From: Eledone cirrhosa
Taxonomy: Eukaryota
Length of the DNA: 64,000 bases
NCBI GenBank assembly: GCA_964016885.1
Contig: OZ024742.1
Span: forward strand, 19,654,001 to 19,718,000
Reading direction: 5' to 3'
In this document: piece by piece, positions 1 to 14,065 of the stretch
Layout: each line of letters opens with the position of its first letter
Position numbering within the stretch: position 1 is the first letter of the stretch
The notes under the pieces: model-generated
Told to the model about the DNA's origin: nothing
Seen by the model: the letters and a program-made list of their open reading frames with translations, nothing else
Databases searched by the model: none
Translations under genes and position numbers: made by a program

Positions 1-239
1 TTCACGATCAACTCTCAGACGAGAGAAACGTCAGTAGGGAACAGTTACCAGGAGCAATAGAATGTCATGAATTGTGGAGAGACATTGTCAGGAATGTTAG
101 ACCGCTGTTGCAATGATATATATATACATTGTATATGTATATACATTGTATATATATATACATTATATATATATATCATTGCAACAGCGGTCTAACATTC
201 CTGACAAAGTCTCTCCACAATTCCATATGTATATTATAC

Positions 240-272
<33 letters not shown>

Positions 273-282
273 CATATATATG

Positions 283-411
<129 letters not shown>

Positions 412-537
412 GGTGACAGAGAGATAGAGATGTTACTGGTTAAAACCAGTAAGATTTAGTACACTATACTTAGGGAAAGAAGAGTGGCTGAGTTATGGAG
501 ATGGTTTAATCCTAGACGTTCGGCAAGAACTCCTGTA

Positions 538-2930
538 GTAATAATAATAATAATAATGATGATTTCATTTATTAGCCACAAGGACCGACATGTAGGGGAC
601 AATACAAAGACAGGGACAGTGGAGGTTTACAATAAGATTCAGTAAAAATGCACAATAACAAAACCAATTTAACAATGAAAAAATATAAAATAACTATATA
701 TAAAATTAACAAAATGAATTTCCTAATAGGGTGGGGGGGGGGTCGTGAACCACCAGGGGCTACTCAGGTACCCCACCAATCGTGAACCACCCGACACTTC
801 TAGGGCACCCCTCTCATCCACAAATTAACCAGCCTACAGGCACATGGTCAGAGTAGGCCCACTCACACGGGCCATTCTCGCCACATTCACCCACCTTTCA
901 GCAAATGTACTGGGAGCAGCACTTCTCTCTCCACCCTCACCTTCCTTTCCAAGTGAAACTTGAAAAAGTTGATGAGGGATTGGCCGAAGAGAAAATTCTC
1001 TGTCTTCAGTCCTTTCAACCTCGTCCACCATACAACCTCTTTCGCTACTGCCACCAGAGAGAGGAAACTTGCCTGCCCTTCCTGGCCAAAAGAAGGCGGC
1101 GGGTCGATCTTCACTATGGACTCGGCCGATAGCCGGATCCGTTCTACACGCGACAACAGCTGTTCGACATAACTCCACAAGTCAGTAATGCACGGACATT
1201 GGACGAGTGCGTGCATAACGGTTTCGTCGCTCTGCGCGCATCTTGGGCAGGTACGTCTGACAACACTTCCGAGCCTGGAGAGTTTATCTTGAACCGGCAG
1301 TGCCCCCCGGTAACACTGCCAAGCGAGGGATTTCTGGAAGTTATCCATCAACCCCGGCTCGAAAGTCCTCCGGAACAGACTGGTCAGTTCGACTTCGTAG
1401 ACGCCCAGAGCCTCTCTGAGTGCGTCGTCGCACTTGCCCACCACTAATCCTCTATAGAACTCGAGAGTGGAAGTTCCACTGACCGCATTGCCCACCTGGT
1501 AGAGGGCAGTGAGTGCCTGGCAACATTCCAGATACCAGTGACCCAGTCTCGGTCTCTTCTTGATCCAAGACTGCTGCTTAGTCATAGAGACGAGCTGCGG
1601 AAAGGCCTGTCAGACAAACGGCGACCACACCTGTTCACCGTTTAGGCAGAATGTCTGGAGATGCCGCAGCCTCAGCGTATGTCTGCGCATCATTACTCTC
1701 CGCGTAAAGGGTGCTGGCAGCAGATGGATCGCCTCACCAACGGAACCTGTCCCCTCCAAAAGAAGTTGAAGAGAAGCCGTTCTAACTTGGCGAGGTGTGG
1801 ACGAAGGCAAGGCACGACGGTCAGGCGGTAGTAGATAACGGATGCGATGTACGTGTTCGCCACCTCCACCCGACCTTTCAGTGACAGCTTCCTCGCTGCC
1901 CATTTCTGGGTGAGACTGGCTACCCTGATCGTCACCTCGTCCCAATTCTTATCCAAACCGGCCCGTCCGTCCAGCGCCCAATGACGCTGTTGGACTGCAT
2001 GGACTTGCCTCTCCAGATGCCGAGCTGCAAGCCTTTTCCGAGTTAAGTTTTGCTCTCGTCAACCTTTCATATTCCTCCAACAAGGTGCCGACCACCTCGA
2101 TCTCCGAGATGTCCGACACCATCACGGTGATGTCGTTCGCATAGGCCGATACTGCCTTTCCGTGTCCCGGTTCGAGCGGGATGCCCTGCAACAGCTCTAG
2201 TTCCGCAGTAAAGGCTCGAGAATCAATACATACAAAAGAGAGGAGAGTGGGTACCCTTGACGGACCGATCGAGAGATTTGAAACGGTTCCAAGGGGTATT
2301 CATTAACTTTGACCTGCGAGCAGATGCCGCTGTGCATTGCAGCGATCCAGCTTCTGAAGACGGGGCCGAAGCCAGATGCCTTGAGGACAGCTTCCAAGTA
2401 CCGATGGTCGACCCTTTCGAATACTTTCGATTGATCTAAATTTGAACCCCACCGAAGCCAGGTTTACACTCTACCCTCTCTTTGATGTATCGTATGAGTT
2501 GGAGGTTGTCATGTATAGACCTGGTCGGGATTGCAGAAGGTTGCAACTCCCCAAACAAATCTTCGACGACTTGGCCAAAATCTTAAACTCTGTGTTGAGC
2601 AGAGTTATGGTCCTGAAGTTATCTAATGTGTCCCTCTTATTCTCGTCTTTCCTTATCAGCGTCACTACACCCCGGCTCACAGACTGGGAATACTCCCGTT
2701 CTGCTGCCAGTTGCAGTAGAGCGCTTCGAGGAGATTGGAGAACAAGTCTGGCATATTTACGTAAAGCTCGTAAAGCAGAGCTTCCAAACTGGGTGACTTG
2801 CGCTTCGTGCAGCCGACAAGGGCATCCTGAATTTCGGCTGAAGTTATCGGCCTTTCGCAGCGCTCAGCGTCGGCCGTCGAGGTAGGTGCTGAAGTTCGCT
2901 CTGTCTCTGACCAGCACCCCCCCCCACACT
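538..2930 (-). mobile_element. Degenerate 5'-truncated Tx1/L1-clade non-LTR retrotransposon
   Basis: Fragmented ORFs with RT motifs (FRTITLLNTEFKILAK, SVRQGYPLSSLLY, AYANDIT) and C-terminal zinc finger (CPRCAQSDETVMHALVQC); 3' end with AATAAA and (ATT)n tail near 540-575. Confidence 0.9.
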
Positions 2931-3185
2931 ATATATATATAGATATATTTCTTTATTAGCCACAGGGGCACAAAAGAAGGGGACAAATACAAAGGGGGAA
3001 GTTTACATACAATAAAAACGTGTAAAATGTTATCACAGATGGAATTTAAAAGTTAGTCGATTTTCCCCAATAGAGGGAGACAGTTTATATGGGTAACACA
3101 TACCCCCGAAAAAAAATGTGCAACCCTCATCTCCAGGAGTACGAAGAGCTTGTACTCCTTTCCTCTCCTCCTCCTTTTCCTCAAC

Positions 3186-6100
3186 CTACAGGCTGATATA
3201 GAGAGAAGGCCCATTCACTCGGGCCATTCTCGCCACTTTCACCCACCTTTCATAAAACTTGCTGGGGTACAGCACCTCTCTCTCCATCCTGATTCTTCTT
3301 CCAAAGTGGTATTTGAAAAAAGAATCAGTTGTTGGCCGGAGAGAAAGGTGTCTGACCTCAGCCCTTTCAACCTTGTCCACCATACAACCTCTTTCGCCAT
3401 AGCTATCACACAAAGGAAAACTGCCTCTCCTTCGTTTTTGAAGGAGGGTGGCGGTTTGATCATGACAATGGACTCGGTGGTCAACTGGATTGGTCCCACC
3501 CGCGACAATAGTCGTTCTACATAGCCACACAGGTCAGTGACGCCCGGGCAGTGTATGAATGCGTGCGCGACGGTTTCTTCGTCTCGCACGCACCTCGGAC
3601 AGATCTTTTTTGCAGGGTCCCTGCCCGGGCGCCCATGTCTGTAGAGCTTGTCTCGAACTGGTAGAGCTCCTCGGTAGCACTGCCAGGCCAGGGACTTTTG
3701 GAAGTTGTCCATCGGTCCCGGGCGGAAGGTCCTACCGAACAGACTGGCCAGTTCATCTTCCTCTACGCCTAGAGTTTCACCGAGCGCGTCGTCGCACTTG
3801 CTGCGGACCAACCCTCTATAGAATGACGAAGTGGAGTCTCCACTGATCGCCGGGTCCGCCTGCCAGAGGGCTGTGAGTGCCTGAGCACATTCGATGTGCC
3901 AGTCGCCCATTTTCCTCGGTCTCTGCTTGACCCAGGACTGCAGCTCGGTCAGCGAGACGAGTCGTGGGAAGGCTCGCCTCACGAACGGGGCCCACACCGG
4001 TTGTCCGGTGAGGAATACGTAGAGATGCCGCAGCCTGAGCGCGTGTTTGCGCATCGTCAACCACGGCACCCCCAGCCCTCCGTTAGAAGGGTGTTGGCAG
4101 CAGATGGATCTTCTCACCAAAGGAGCCCGCCTCTTCCAAAGGAATCGGAAGAGCGCGCGCTCCATTTTGGCGAGCGTTTTGGCTGGACAAGGCACGACGG
4201 TCAAGCGGTAGTAGATGGCGGACGCTATAAAAGTGTTCGCCACCTCCGCTCGACCTTTCAAGGATAGTTTGCACTCGGCTCACTTCTGGGTGAGTGCAAA
4301 CACCTTGGCCGTCACTTCGTTCCAGTTCTTCTCCACCTGGAGGTCCGGACCAAACCAGACCCCGAGCAGCTTTACCGGTCCTTCCGTCCAGCGTCCGACG
4401 ACGCCATGGGAAGGCATCGGTCTGCCTCTCCACGATCCGAGTTGCAAACCGATGGACTTGTCCCGGTTCAGCTTCGCTCCTGTGAGACTTTCGTATTCCT
4501 TTAGCAAGGTGTCGACTTCCTCGATTTGCGAGGCGCTCGACACCATTACTGTCACGTCGTCGGCGTAGGCCGACGCCGCTTTCCGCAGTCCCGGTTCCAG
4601 AGGGATGCCCTGTAATAGCTCCAGCTTCCGCAGTAGTGGCTCGAGAGTCAGTACGTACAGAAGGGAGGAGAGAGGGCATCCCTGTCGAATGGATCGCGTA
4701 ATATGGAACGGCTCCGAGAGGTAACCGTTCACCTTGACCCTTGAGCAGATGTTGCTGTTGTGCATTGCAGCAATCCAGCCCCTGAACACGGGTCCGAAGC
4801 CTGCCGCCTCGAGCACCGCATCCAGGTAACGATGGTCAACCCTATCGAAAGCCTTAGACTGATCCAAGTTGATCAGGGCCCCACCGAAGCCGGGTTTACA
4901 CCCTACCCTCTCTATGATGTATCGCATGAGGTGGAGGTTGTCGTGTATGGACCTGGTCGGGATCGCGCATGTCTGCGCTTCTCCCACCAGGTTCTCGACG
5001 ACAAGCGCCAGCCTCTTTGCCAACACCTTGGCCAAAATCTGTAACTCTGTGTTTAGCAGAGTTATGGGCCGTAAGTTGCCTATCTCATCCCCCTTATTCT
5101 CGTCCTTCCTGATTAGTGTGACCACGCCCCCGGGTACAGAACTGGGAATTCTCCCGTTCTGTTGCCAGTTTCAGTAGACCGCTTCCAGGAGACCGGAGAA
5201 TAAGTCCGGCATTGCTACGTAAAATTCGTAAGGTAGACCGTCGAGACCTGGAGATTTGCGTTTGCCGCATTGGCTCAGCGCGTCCCCTATCTCAGTGGCT
5301 GAAATCGGCTTTTCGCAGAACTTCGCCTCGCTGTCCGAGAGTCGCGGTAGGCCGTCGAGGTATGGACCGAAATCCATAGCCTCTCTCGGCGCGCCGCTCC
5401 TCCCGAACAGCCGAGCAAAGTGCCGTTGAAAAGCCGCACACATCTGCTTCGGCTCACGTATCACGCGTCCGTTTTGGTCCTTCAAAGACCGAATCGTGGA
5501 CTTGTTGCCACTTTTTACCTCCGTCACTCGGGCCCAGCTAACAGCTTTGGCTCCCTCGTTTCCCAGAGCACGTATTTTGCTTCTGACAACGCAGCCCTCG
5601 TGCTTTGCGTCGAAGAACTGGTCCAAGGCCGTTCTCGTTGCTAGCACGCTGGCTACGTTGCCACTTCTAATTGCCTCTTCTACTTTATCTACCAGTTCCT
5701 TCTCGGTTCTATTTCTATCTAACGCTAATTCTTTACTAAAAACTATCGAGTCTAATCTAACTGCCCTCTTGAGAGAGTACCACCATCTGTTGTTGACAAT
5801 GGCCCCTGTCAAGTGCTGTTTAACTAAAGTGCTAATCTGTCTACTGTAGGCTTTGCTTGTCGGTAAAGACAAGTTCAGCTTCCAGTAGCCGGGTCCTTGT
5901 CTATGGGTTCTATCAAGGTTGGCCATGCAGGTCACTAGTTTGTGATCTGAATAGGCAACCATGAACATTTGTGGACAGCTTAACATGTCCCTATCCTTAT
6001 TTCTAACTAGAACCCTATCTAGGTACGATCTAGATGTTCCGCTACGATTACTCCTCGTCCACAGTGGCGCAGTCGGAAAATCTAGTCGATATCTATCGGC

Positions 6101-6622
6101 CAGGTCAAATCGGTCGATTAACTGTTTGAGGCTGTTACACCCCCCTTTATCGGGACATGCTCCCACATAGTCCCAACGTGCATCTAGGATTCCATTCCAG
6201 TCCCCCACTAAAAGCAAGGAGCGGGACGTTCCCAGAAAAGTCTCTAGACGTTTGAAGAAGTCTGGCCGCGGTGTCCCGGATGGGGCATATGCGACCACCA
6301 GCCTGAACGCTCCACCTTCACTACCGTCAACGTCTAGGACCACCAGTCGACCCTCCGGGTCCAGATGTACCGTCTGTGTTACGAGGCCCAGGTGTTTCCG
6401 CAGCAAAACGGCAACTCCGCCCCCACCCCCCGGTTGACAGAGAGATGCGTAGATCTCAAAGTCATCGAAGATGGGGGCCAGCTGTCGCTCGCCGTGGATC
6501 CTGGACTCGCAAATGGCTACCACATCCAAACTGTGCGACCTGAGGTCGTTTAAGAGTTTGCTCTGTTTCCAGGGCATCCCCAGGCCGCGTACGTTCACAC
6601 ATCCAACTCTTATATTGGCCAT
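3186..6622 (-). pseudogene. Tx1 ORF2: AP endonuclease, reverse transcriptase, zinc finger; few lesions
   Basis: NVRGL, GDWN, YLDRV, SDH (APE); KSPGLDG, RPITLLN, DQSKAFD, RQGCPLS, YADD (RT); CPRC...HAFIHC; TGA stops at about 5171 and 4280, frameshifts near 5130 and 3315. Confidence 0.93.
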
Positions 6623-6655
6623 GTTGGTGCTGAAAAGTTAAAAGAGGAAAAGAGA

Positions 6656-8572
6656 TCACTCACCCTTCGCCTCCTGGGGACCAGGCCGCACGATTTCCAT
6701 GGGGGTGTTGGAGGGGTTGTCTGGATGGGTGGTGGTTTCCGGCGGGGTGGGGACGCAGATGTTTGGTGGGGTGGGGTCTGGTGGGATGGGGGTGTCTGGG
6801 GTGGGGAGGCATTTGAGAAGGACGCGGTTGAGTGGTTTCACGCAGGAATTCCCCACATCCTTCTCAAATGTTTCTTTTAGGGACCTATAAGTTTGTATAG
6901 GGACCCTAATCAGTTTTAGGTTCAGTTTTTTGCTATTTTTTATAGTGTGGGCGAAAGTTTTCCCTTCGGTGAAAACCGAAGGGTCGTTCGTGATGGTCTC
7001 CATTAGTGTTTTGTTTTCAGTGTTTATGTAAGTGTAAGTGTAATTTTCTTGTGTTGTGTTTGTTTTTGTCTGTAGTTCTTGTGTGTGCTTTCGTTTTGTT
7101 GTAGGTATTTTGTTTTCAGGAGGTGGGGGTTTTGTTTGTGATATTTTTGTTGTTTGTGTTGGTGGTTGTATGTTTGTGGTAGTGTTTGCTGGTTTTTTGC
7201 TTTTGTGATGTCTTTTCTTTCTTTTCGAGCGATGGGGTTCTCCCTCGTCTTCACTGGGTGATGGCGAGATAGCCTCATCTGTTGTATCGTCTGTGTGATT
7301 GGGGAGGGGTATGTCTTGGGGAGCTGTTGTGTCTGTATGTGATTTTGCAGTGGTTTTAGGTGGAGTGGGGTTGGGTGGGACTGTGTTTGTTGTGGTTATT
7401 TTTGTGTGTTGGTGTTGTTGTTGTTGTGGTGGTGTTGGTGGTTGTGTTGTTTTGATGGGTGTCGGCAGAAGAGCCTTTTTTTGGTTCATTAGTTTAGGAC
7501 AGGAAACCCTCAGGTGACCCCTGCTAAAGCAATGGTAACATGAAGGCCGCCTACCCTCAACCGAAAGGTTTATGTAGGTGAGTCCGTCCAGGAGTACACG
7601 CTGTGGGATCATAGCTATTCGCTCTGGGCTCATTTGCACCAGAACTTCAATGCTAGTCCCATTGAATACATCTCTGGGGGACTTTCCTACTGACAGTATT
7701 CTGTCTTCATCAAAATTGATGAAGCCGCACAGTATCCACCATATGTTCACCTTTGGTGTGACACTTGTGATTCTGATCTTTTGCGTCCTTTTTCCCATTT
7801 ATGTAGGGAAAAAGGTGTACAGGTTGGATACAATTGGCGACACAGAGTAATTTTGGGCCGTCAATTGATCCTTCATGAGTACCGAAATACTCCCAAAAAG
7901 TTTGTTTCTTTGAATGAATGCAATATCATTCATTGAATCTTTGAAAACCAGTTCAATATCTTTCTGTGACAATTGGACTGGTTTTCGGGTAGAATTGGAA
8001 ACTGTCCTAAAAACTATCGTTTTGAGAGCAGTTTCCTTGCGAATTTCTACCGGAGAATTGATGCTGAAAGCACCATTTTTTTCGAAGGTGACATATCTCT
8101 TAGCGTCCTTTAAAAGGTGTTCAGCATTTGTTATGTCGAGATATATCAATTGTTCTTTCTTTTGAACTTTCTCCGCAAAGGAGATTTTTGGTTTCTTTGT
8201 GGAATCCGTATTGGTGGTGTTGTCATTATTGTTGTTATTCTTGTTGTTATTCTTGTTGTCACCGATGTTGGTATCATCCGTATTTTCCTTGGTGTTGTTG
8301 TTGTCTTTGATGCTGGTGTTATTGGCGTTGTCTTTATTTTTTTCTTTGTTGTTGTTATCATTGTTGCTTTTATCATCATTATTGGTTTTGCTGTTATTTT
8401 TGTTGTCATTGAGCTGTTTGGTGTCATTTGTGTTGTTTGGGTGTGAATTCGTTTTTTTATTTTCATTTTGTCTTTCCATCTCTATAGTATCTAGTGAAGA
8501 AGACGTTGTTGACTGCGAGCTTTGTAGTCTTACCGCCTCTCCACCACCATTATCGTTGGACGCAGCGTTCAT
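6656..8572 (-). pseudogene. Tx1 ORF1 (gag-like, CCHC zinc knuckle) with one in-frame stop
   Basis: ORFs 7799..8572 and 6656..7798 are contiguous in one frame (ACA TAA ATG); CYHCFSRGHLRVSC knuckle; Asn-rich N-terminus and Pro/Thr-rich C-terminus. Confidence 0.88.
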
Positions 8573-8605
8573 AACGTAATCAAAATTTTACAATATTTTT
8601 TCCAA

Positions 8606-8732
8606 GATATATATATAGATATATTTCTTTATTAGCCACAGGGGCACACAAGAAGGGGACAAATACAAAGGGGGAAGTTTACATACAATAAAAACGTGTA
8701 AAATGTTATCACAGATGGAATTTAAAAGTTAG
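8606..8732 (-). repeat. ~126-bp copy of the Tx1 3' terminus directly upstream of the element
   Basis: Matches 2931-3056 with about one substitution. Confidence 0.9.
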
Positions 8733-8902
8733 ATAGATATATAGATAGATAGGTAGATATATAGATAGATAGATACATACAAACGTACATACATATATTT
8801 ATATTTATTTTATTATGGCTAAATAGTGAGTCTTGTTACTCTGGAGTTTCACCTGCGTCCCACATACACTCACACACACACACACACGCACACACACACG
8901 CA

Positions 8903-9312
<410 letters not shown>

Positions 9313-9464
9313 AATAAGGGCGCTGCGGAGTTGCAAATGGGTTACATATGAAAAAAGTTTGTCCTTCATCAGTGATCTTCCAACTATCATAGGCATTTTA
9401 TCGCTTTAAAGACCATATACCTCCGGTTGGTGCGAGTAACGGCTAAAAAAAGTCGTTGGGACAC

Positions 9465-9517
<53 letters not shown>

Positions 9518-9585
9518 GATGAAATCGAAAATGCAACTGGAGTCTTATTTCTCAGAAAAACCACAGACCCTCCATCTCAACTCTA

Positions 9586-9622
9586 CTTTTGAAAAGCAGA
9601 AGAACTGCGAAACCGGTAAAGG
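9586..9622 (+). ncRNA. Degenerate minimal hammerhead motif inside a fold-back element (about 9511-9690)
   Basis: cttt-TGAAAA-gcag agaa ctgc-GAAA-ccgg-TA-aagg; CUGANGA box is mutated. Confidence 0.5.
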
Positions 9623-9750
9623 AACCAAATAAATATATATATTTAAAAAAAAAAAGACTCCAGTTGCATTTTCGATTTCATCTTTTTTCTTTATACTTTC
9701 CCTCGTGTAGGACACCTCGGTTATTTTTCATTTTGTAAAAAAACCCTCAC

Positions 9751-10161
<411 letters not shown>

Positions 10162-10187
10162 CACGCACGCATATATATACATATCAT

Positions 10188-10222
<35 letters not shown>

Positions 10223-10253
10223 TATCATCATTTTACCTCCGCTTTTCCCTGCT

Positions 10254-10284
<31 letters not shown>

Positions 10285-10316
10285 ATGTGTGTGTATCTAT
10301 CTATGTCTCTCTCTCC

Positions 10317-10348
<32 letters not shown>

Positions 10349-10471
10349 TTATTTATATACATATATATGAATATACGTATACAAGTAAACATTTTTTCTG
10401 TATGAATGCATATATGCATATATGTATGTATGCGTGTATGTATGTATGTATGTATGTATGTTTATATGTAT

Positions 10472-13155
10472 GTTATCTCTTTCTCTTAATTTCGAGTATA
10501 TTTTTTTGACCGGCCACCTTCCTGGTGGCAAGGTTGTAAAAGAAAAGAAATTGTCATCCCTTGAATCGCAAGAATGTTTCGCAAATTTTCAAGGTGCCAG
10601 CTATCGCAGCCATTTGTAGACTATGAATTAGGGAGCTGCGCTGTTTGTCCGCAAATCCAAGTTCAGTCATACTTTGGTCCAAGCGGGTTGGTATATAACC
10701 CGTAGCTCCAATAATGATGGGTATGAAGCTAAAGGTGTATCTTGGATACTGGATTTGTAAACTCCTCATCAATGGTCCGTAGATGTCCTCCTTCTCCTGT
10801 ATTTTTCTGACAACGTTTACATCAAGTGGGCAGCTGATCTCCACAACAGAACACGTTTTCAATGTGTGGTCCCAAACAACAATATCAGGCCGGTTGTGCT
10901 TTAATTTGGTGGCAGTTTTTATTTTCAGGTTCCACCAGTACTCCTTAGTGCCATCTGTCTCAATATATTCTTCCTCGTTTGTTGTTAATTTTGTTTTCCG
11001 AAGTGCGTTCCAGATGGTTCTAGCTATCCCATCGTGTCTCATGGGGAGATAGTAGCGAGATGACATTCTTTCGCAGCTGGCAACCATGTGGCTTACATCC
11101 TCGATCTTTGTTTTACATAGCCTACATTTATTGTCAGCTGATGGCCCTCCCCTTTTGTGCAGCAGATATTTGGTAGGGAGTTCTTGTTCCTGTATTGCAT
11201 AGAGATATCCCTCAAGGTGTGATGTCATAAACTTGTCGGAACTCCATGCCAGGCTTTTTGAGTGGTTTATCCCCTCTATGGTCTGTGTTTTACGTCTCAA
11301 GTATCCATGCACAACTTTTTCTGTAAATTGGTCAATTTTTTCATCTTGTTTGAACATTGAATAGGATCTTCCGATTTCTCTGGGTGAGAGATTTATATCA
11401 GGCTTTATTCCATATCTCTCCTCCAGATCAGTCGCTATTCTAATGATATATTTTTTTCGTGCTCATAAACCTGGGCAAGATGGTTGCCAACCTTTCTCCT
11501 CTGTTGAAGGTGTTGCTTTAGTGTTACTATCCGGGTCTCATATGATGTTAATATTGATTTTAGACCCCGGCCACCTTCCTTGCGTGAGAAGTATAGCCTA
11601 TCCACATCACCATTGATGTTAAAGTTCCCAGTAACACTGAGAAGTTTGCGAGTTCTAACATCCATCTCACTTAGTTCTTGCAATGACCAGTTCAGCAGGC
11701 CAAATGTTGGCGTTAGAATTGGCACAGCATAAGTATTGTGGGCAATGTATTTGTTGTACGCTGACAGTTCTGATGACCATATTTTCTTTACTCTTCTGAG
11801 GTATTCAGTTCTGGTTCTCTCCTTATTTATGGGTCCATCATATCTGACATTCTCATCCTGTCCAAGATATCTGTAGTTGTCACCTGACTGTAGAGGTTGT
11901 ATTGTCAGGCCGTTCATCTCTAGATTTCTAGAGGAGGGTACAGCTCTTCCACGATTTACTGCCAAATATGCACACTTGGACTCACCAAATTTCATTGTGT
12001 AATGAGGTCCAATTGTTTCTTGATGTCATTGATATTTGGCCCATACAACTTCAGGTCCTCAACAAAGAAAAGATGGGAGATACTTCTTGACCCACTTCTT
12101 TGTCCACCTTGTTTCCTGAGTAGGTAAGATAGTGGATTTAGTGAGAGAACGAAGAGTAGCACTGACAAGCTACTGAAAGATACCCTTCTGGTAATGTATC
12201 CTATCAGTCTTAACTTGCTCCTTCTCACCTCTAAGGATCAAATTGGTGTACCAGTTCTTGGTCAGACGTTCAACAGCAGCTACCAGTGGTTGTGGGACTT
12301 TGGCTAACTGTAAAGCCTTAACAATCCACCCATGATTTACACTATCAAATGCTTTTTGATAGTCCAGCCACACCACAGTCATGTTTCTGCAATTCTTTGT
12401 TGTTTTTTCTTGAATCATTTTATTAGTTAGTAGGTGATCTATGCAACCCCACACCTCCCTCTTTCCACCAGCTTGTTCAGGTGTTATGATGTTGTTGGTA
12501 GCACAGTGATCCTGTAAGAACAGGTTAAGGCACCCAGTATATAATTTATACATGATGTTTTGGCAGGCTATTGGGCGGTAATTTTTAGCAAGGGTGGTTT
12601 GGCTATTTTGGGGAATGAGGAGAGTAGTGGCAGTTGATAACCATCTGGGCAGTTCTTGTGTGCCTTTAATGGTTTCTGTAAACAGCCGTATGAGATCTTG
12701 CCGATAGAAAGTGAAATTCTTCAACCAGTATCCTGTAATGAGGTCTGGGCCTGGTGATTTCCTATTCGACATTTTCTGTAGAGCTGTTTCCAGTATTGAC
12801 CCATCTATGTCATATTGTTTTGTCTGGACATGTTGTCAGTAGTCCTGTTCCAGTTCTTTTAGCCAATTAGTTTGTATGTTGAATCCGTCATCCGTTTCCC
12901 ATACAGATCTCCAGTAGCTCTCAAACTGTTCTTTTGAAGGGGTGTCGTTTACAGGGATTAAGCTTTTACCACCGAAGCTACAATAAACTGATTTAGGATC
13001 TCTGGCAAACAATCTATTTAGCACTTGTCGTTTATGTGCTGTTGACTTATATTTTAGTCTTTCTGTTGTAGCTGTGAGTTGTTGTTTCAACTGGTGTAAT
13101 TTGGAGTTCAAAGTTTTAAATTTTGTATCCCCAAATCGTCTCTCTAAATTTTTTT
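10472..13155 (-). mobile_element. 5'-truncated R4/Dong-clade non-LTR retrotransposon (RT + CCHC + restriction-like endonuclease)
   Basis: KSPGPD, KNYRPIAC, WLDYQKAFDSVNH, HLFFVEDLKLY; CRLC...HMVASC, RHD, NRPDIV...VVEISCP; flanked by (TATG)n. Confidence 0.9.
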
Positions 13156-13199
13156 TATGTATGTATGTATATATGTATGCATGTTTGTATGTATGTTTG

Positions 13200-13762
13200 T
13201 ATGTCCCATGGTCGGGTCGTTGGCGACTAAACTGGCAACCCCACCAAGGTTTCTTGGTGAGGAGGGTGACTTTGGACATCCTGCAGAACTAAAAACAAAA
13301 CCTGTCAAAGAGCAAAGGAGCTCTTAAGAGTCAATGGCCATCCAAAATCACCGGGAGAGATGACCCCTTAGCCTTTGTCAAGGCAGAATTCTAGGAGAAG
13401 GAAAACTCTGATATAACACCTGCAACCCTGATGGTATCCAATGATGTTGACTTGTTCTTCTTTTTGGTAAATATCATCTTGGTTAAGAGAGTGGGACTGG
13501 CTTTGTGCAGTGCCTTTGCTCACTATAAAAGCTTCACGGCACAGGCATTGCTTTATATCTGGAGATCTCTCTGCACTTGTCGTCACATGGTACCATGGGC
13601 CCAGCACTATGTGTCAATAATTGTCACAAGTGTAGTGTTTGTACCAGAGTTTTCAAGTCGCTGGCTGGACTAAAAAGTCACACTCGTTCAGCGCATCGGT
13701 GGGGGTTCTCCTACATGGATATAAAGTAGTGGCCGTACTCGAAAACGAGTTGGCAGCCATCA
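13200..13762 (+). mobile_element. Non-autonomous RTE-derived element (5' UTR fused to zinc-finger 3' end), 5'-clipped copy
   Basis: Near identical to 21801-22410 and to the reverse complement of 23898-24490; 3' end matches the element at 58585. Confidence 0.85.
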
Positions 13763-14065
13763 TGTATATATATATATATATGTATGTATGTATGTTTGTA
13801 TGTATGCATGTATGTTTGTATGTATGTATGTGTATATGTATGCATGCTTGCATATGTAAATAGATGTACATATATAGCGAATGCAGATAGAACATATGTT
13901 TAACACATTGTCTTGAAAGAGATATTTAGCTATTAAAAAACTTCTAAATATTTACAATTTTTTAAGAAACACACCGTACTGGGACTTTAATACATAACAT
14001 ATGTACTACTGTTTAAATAGTGACATCTTTACCATTTCCTGCTTGCTATTATTAGAAATGGTAAG

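Larger units (their letters stand above)
2931..8605 (-). mobile_element. Near full-length Tx1/L1-clade non-LTR retrotransposon (ORF1 + ORF2)
   Basis: ORF1 with CCHC knuckle followed by APE-RT-zinc finger ORF2; 3' end reads GGCTAATAAAGAAATATATC then a TA tail. Confidence 0.95.

Noticed and set aside
8117-8579. Leu/Val-rich plus-strand ORFs resembling membrane proteins
   Set aside because: Antisense shadow of the Asn-rich Tx1 ORF1 N-terminus
9310-9470. Minus-strand CTGATGA in a TA-flanked island
   Set aside because: No downstream GAAA/NUH found; at most a truncated relic
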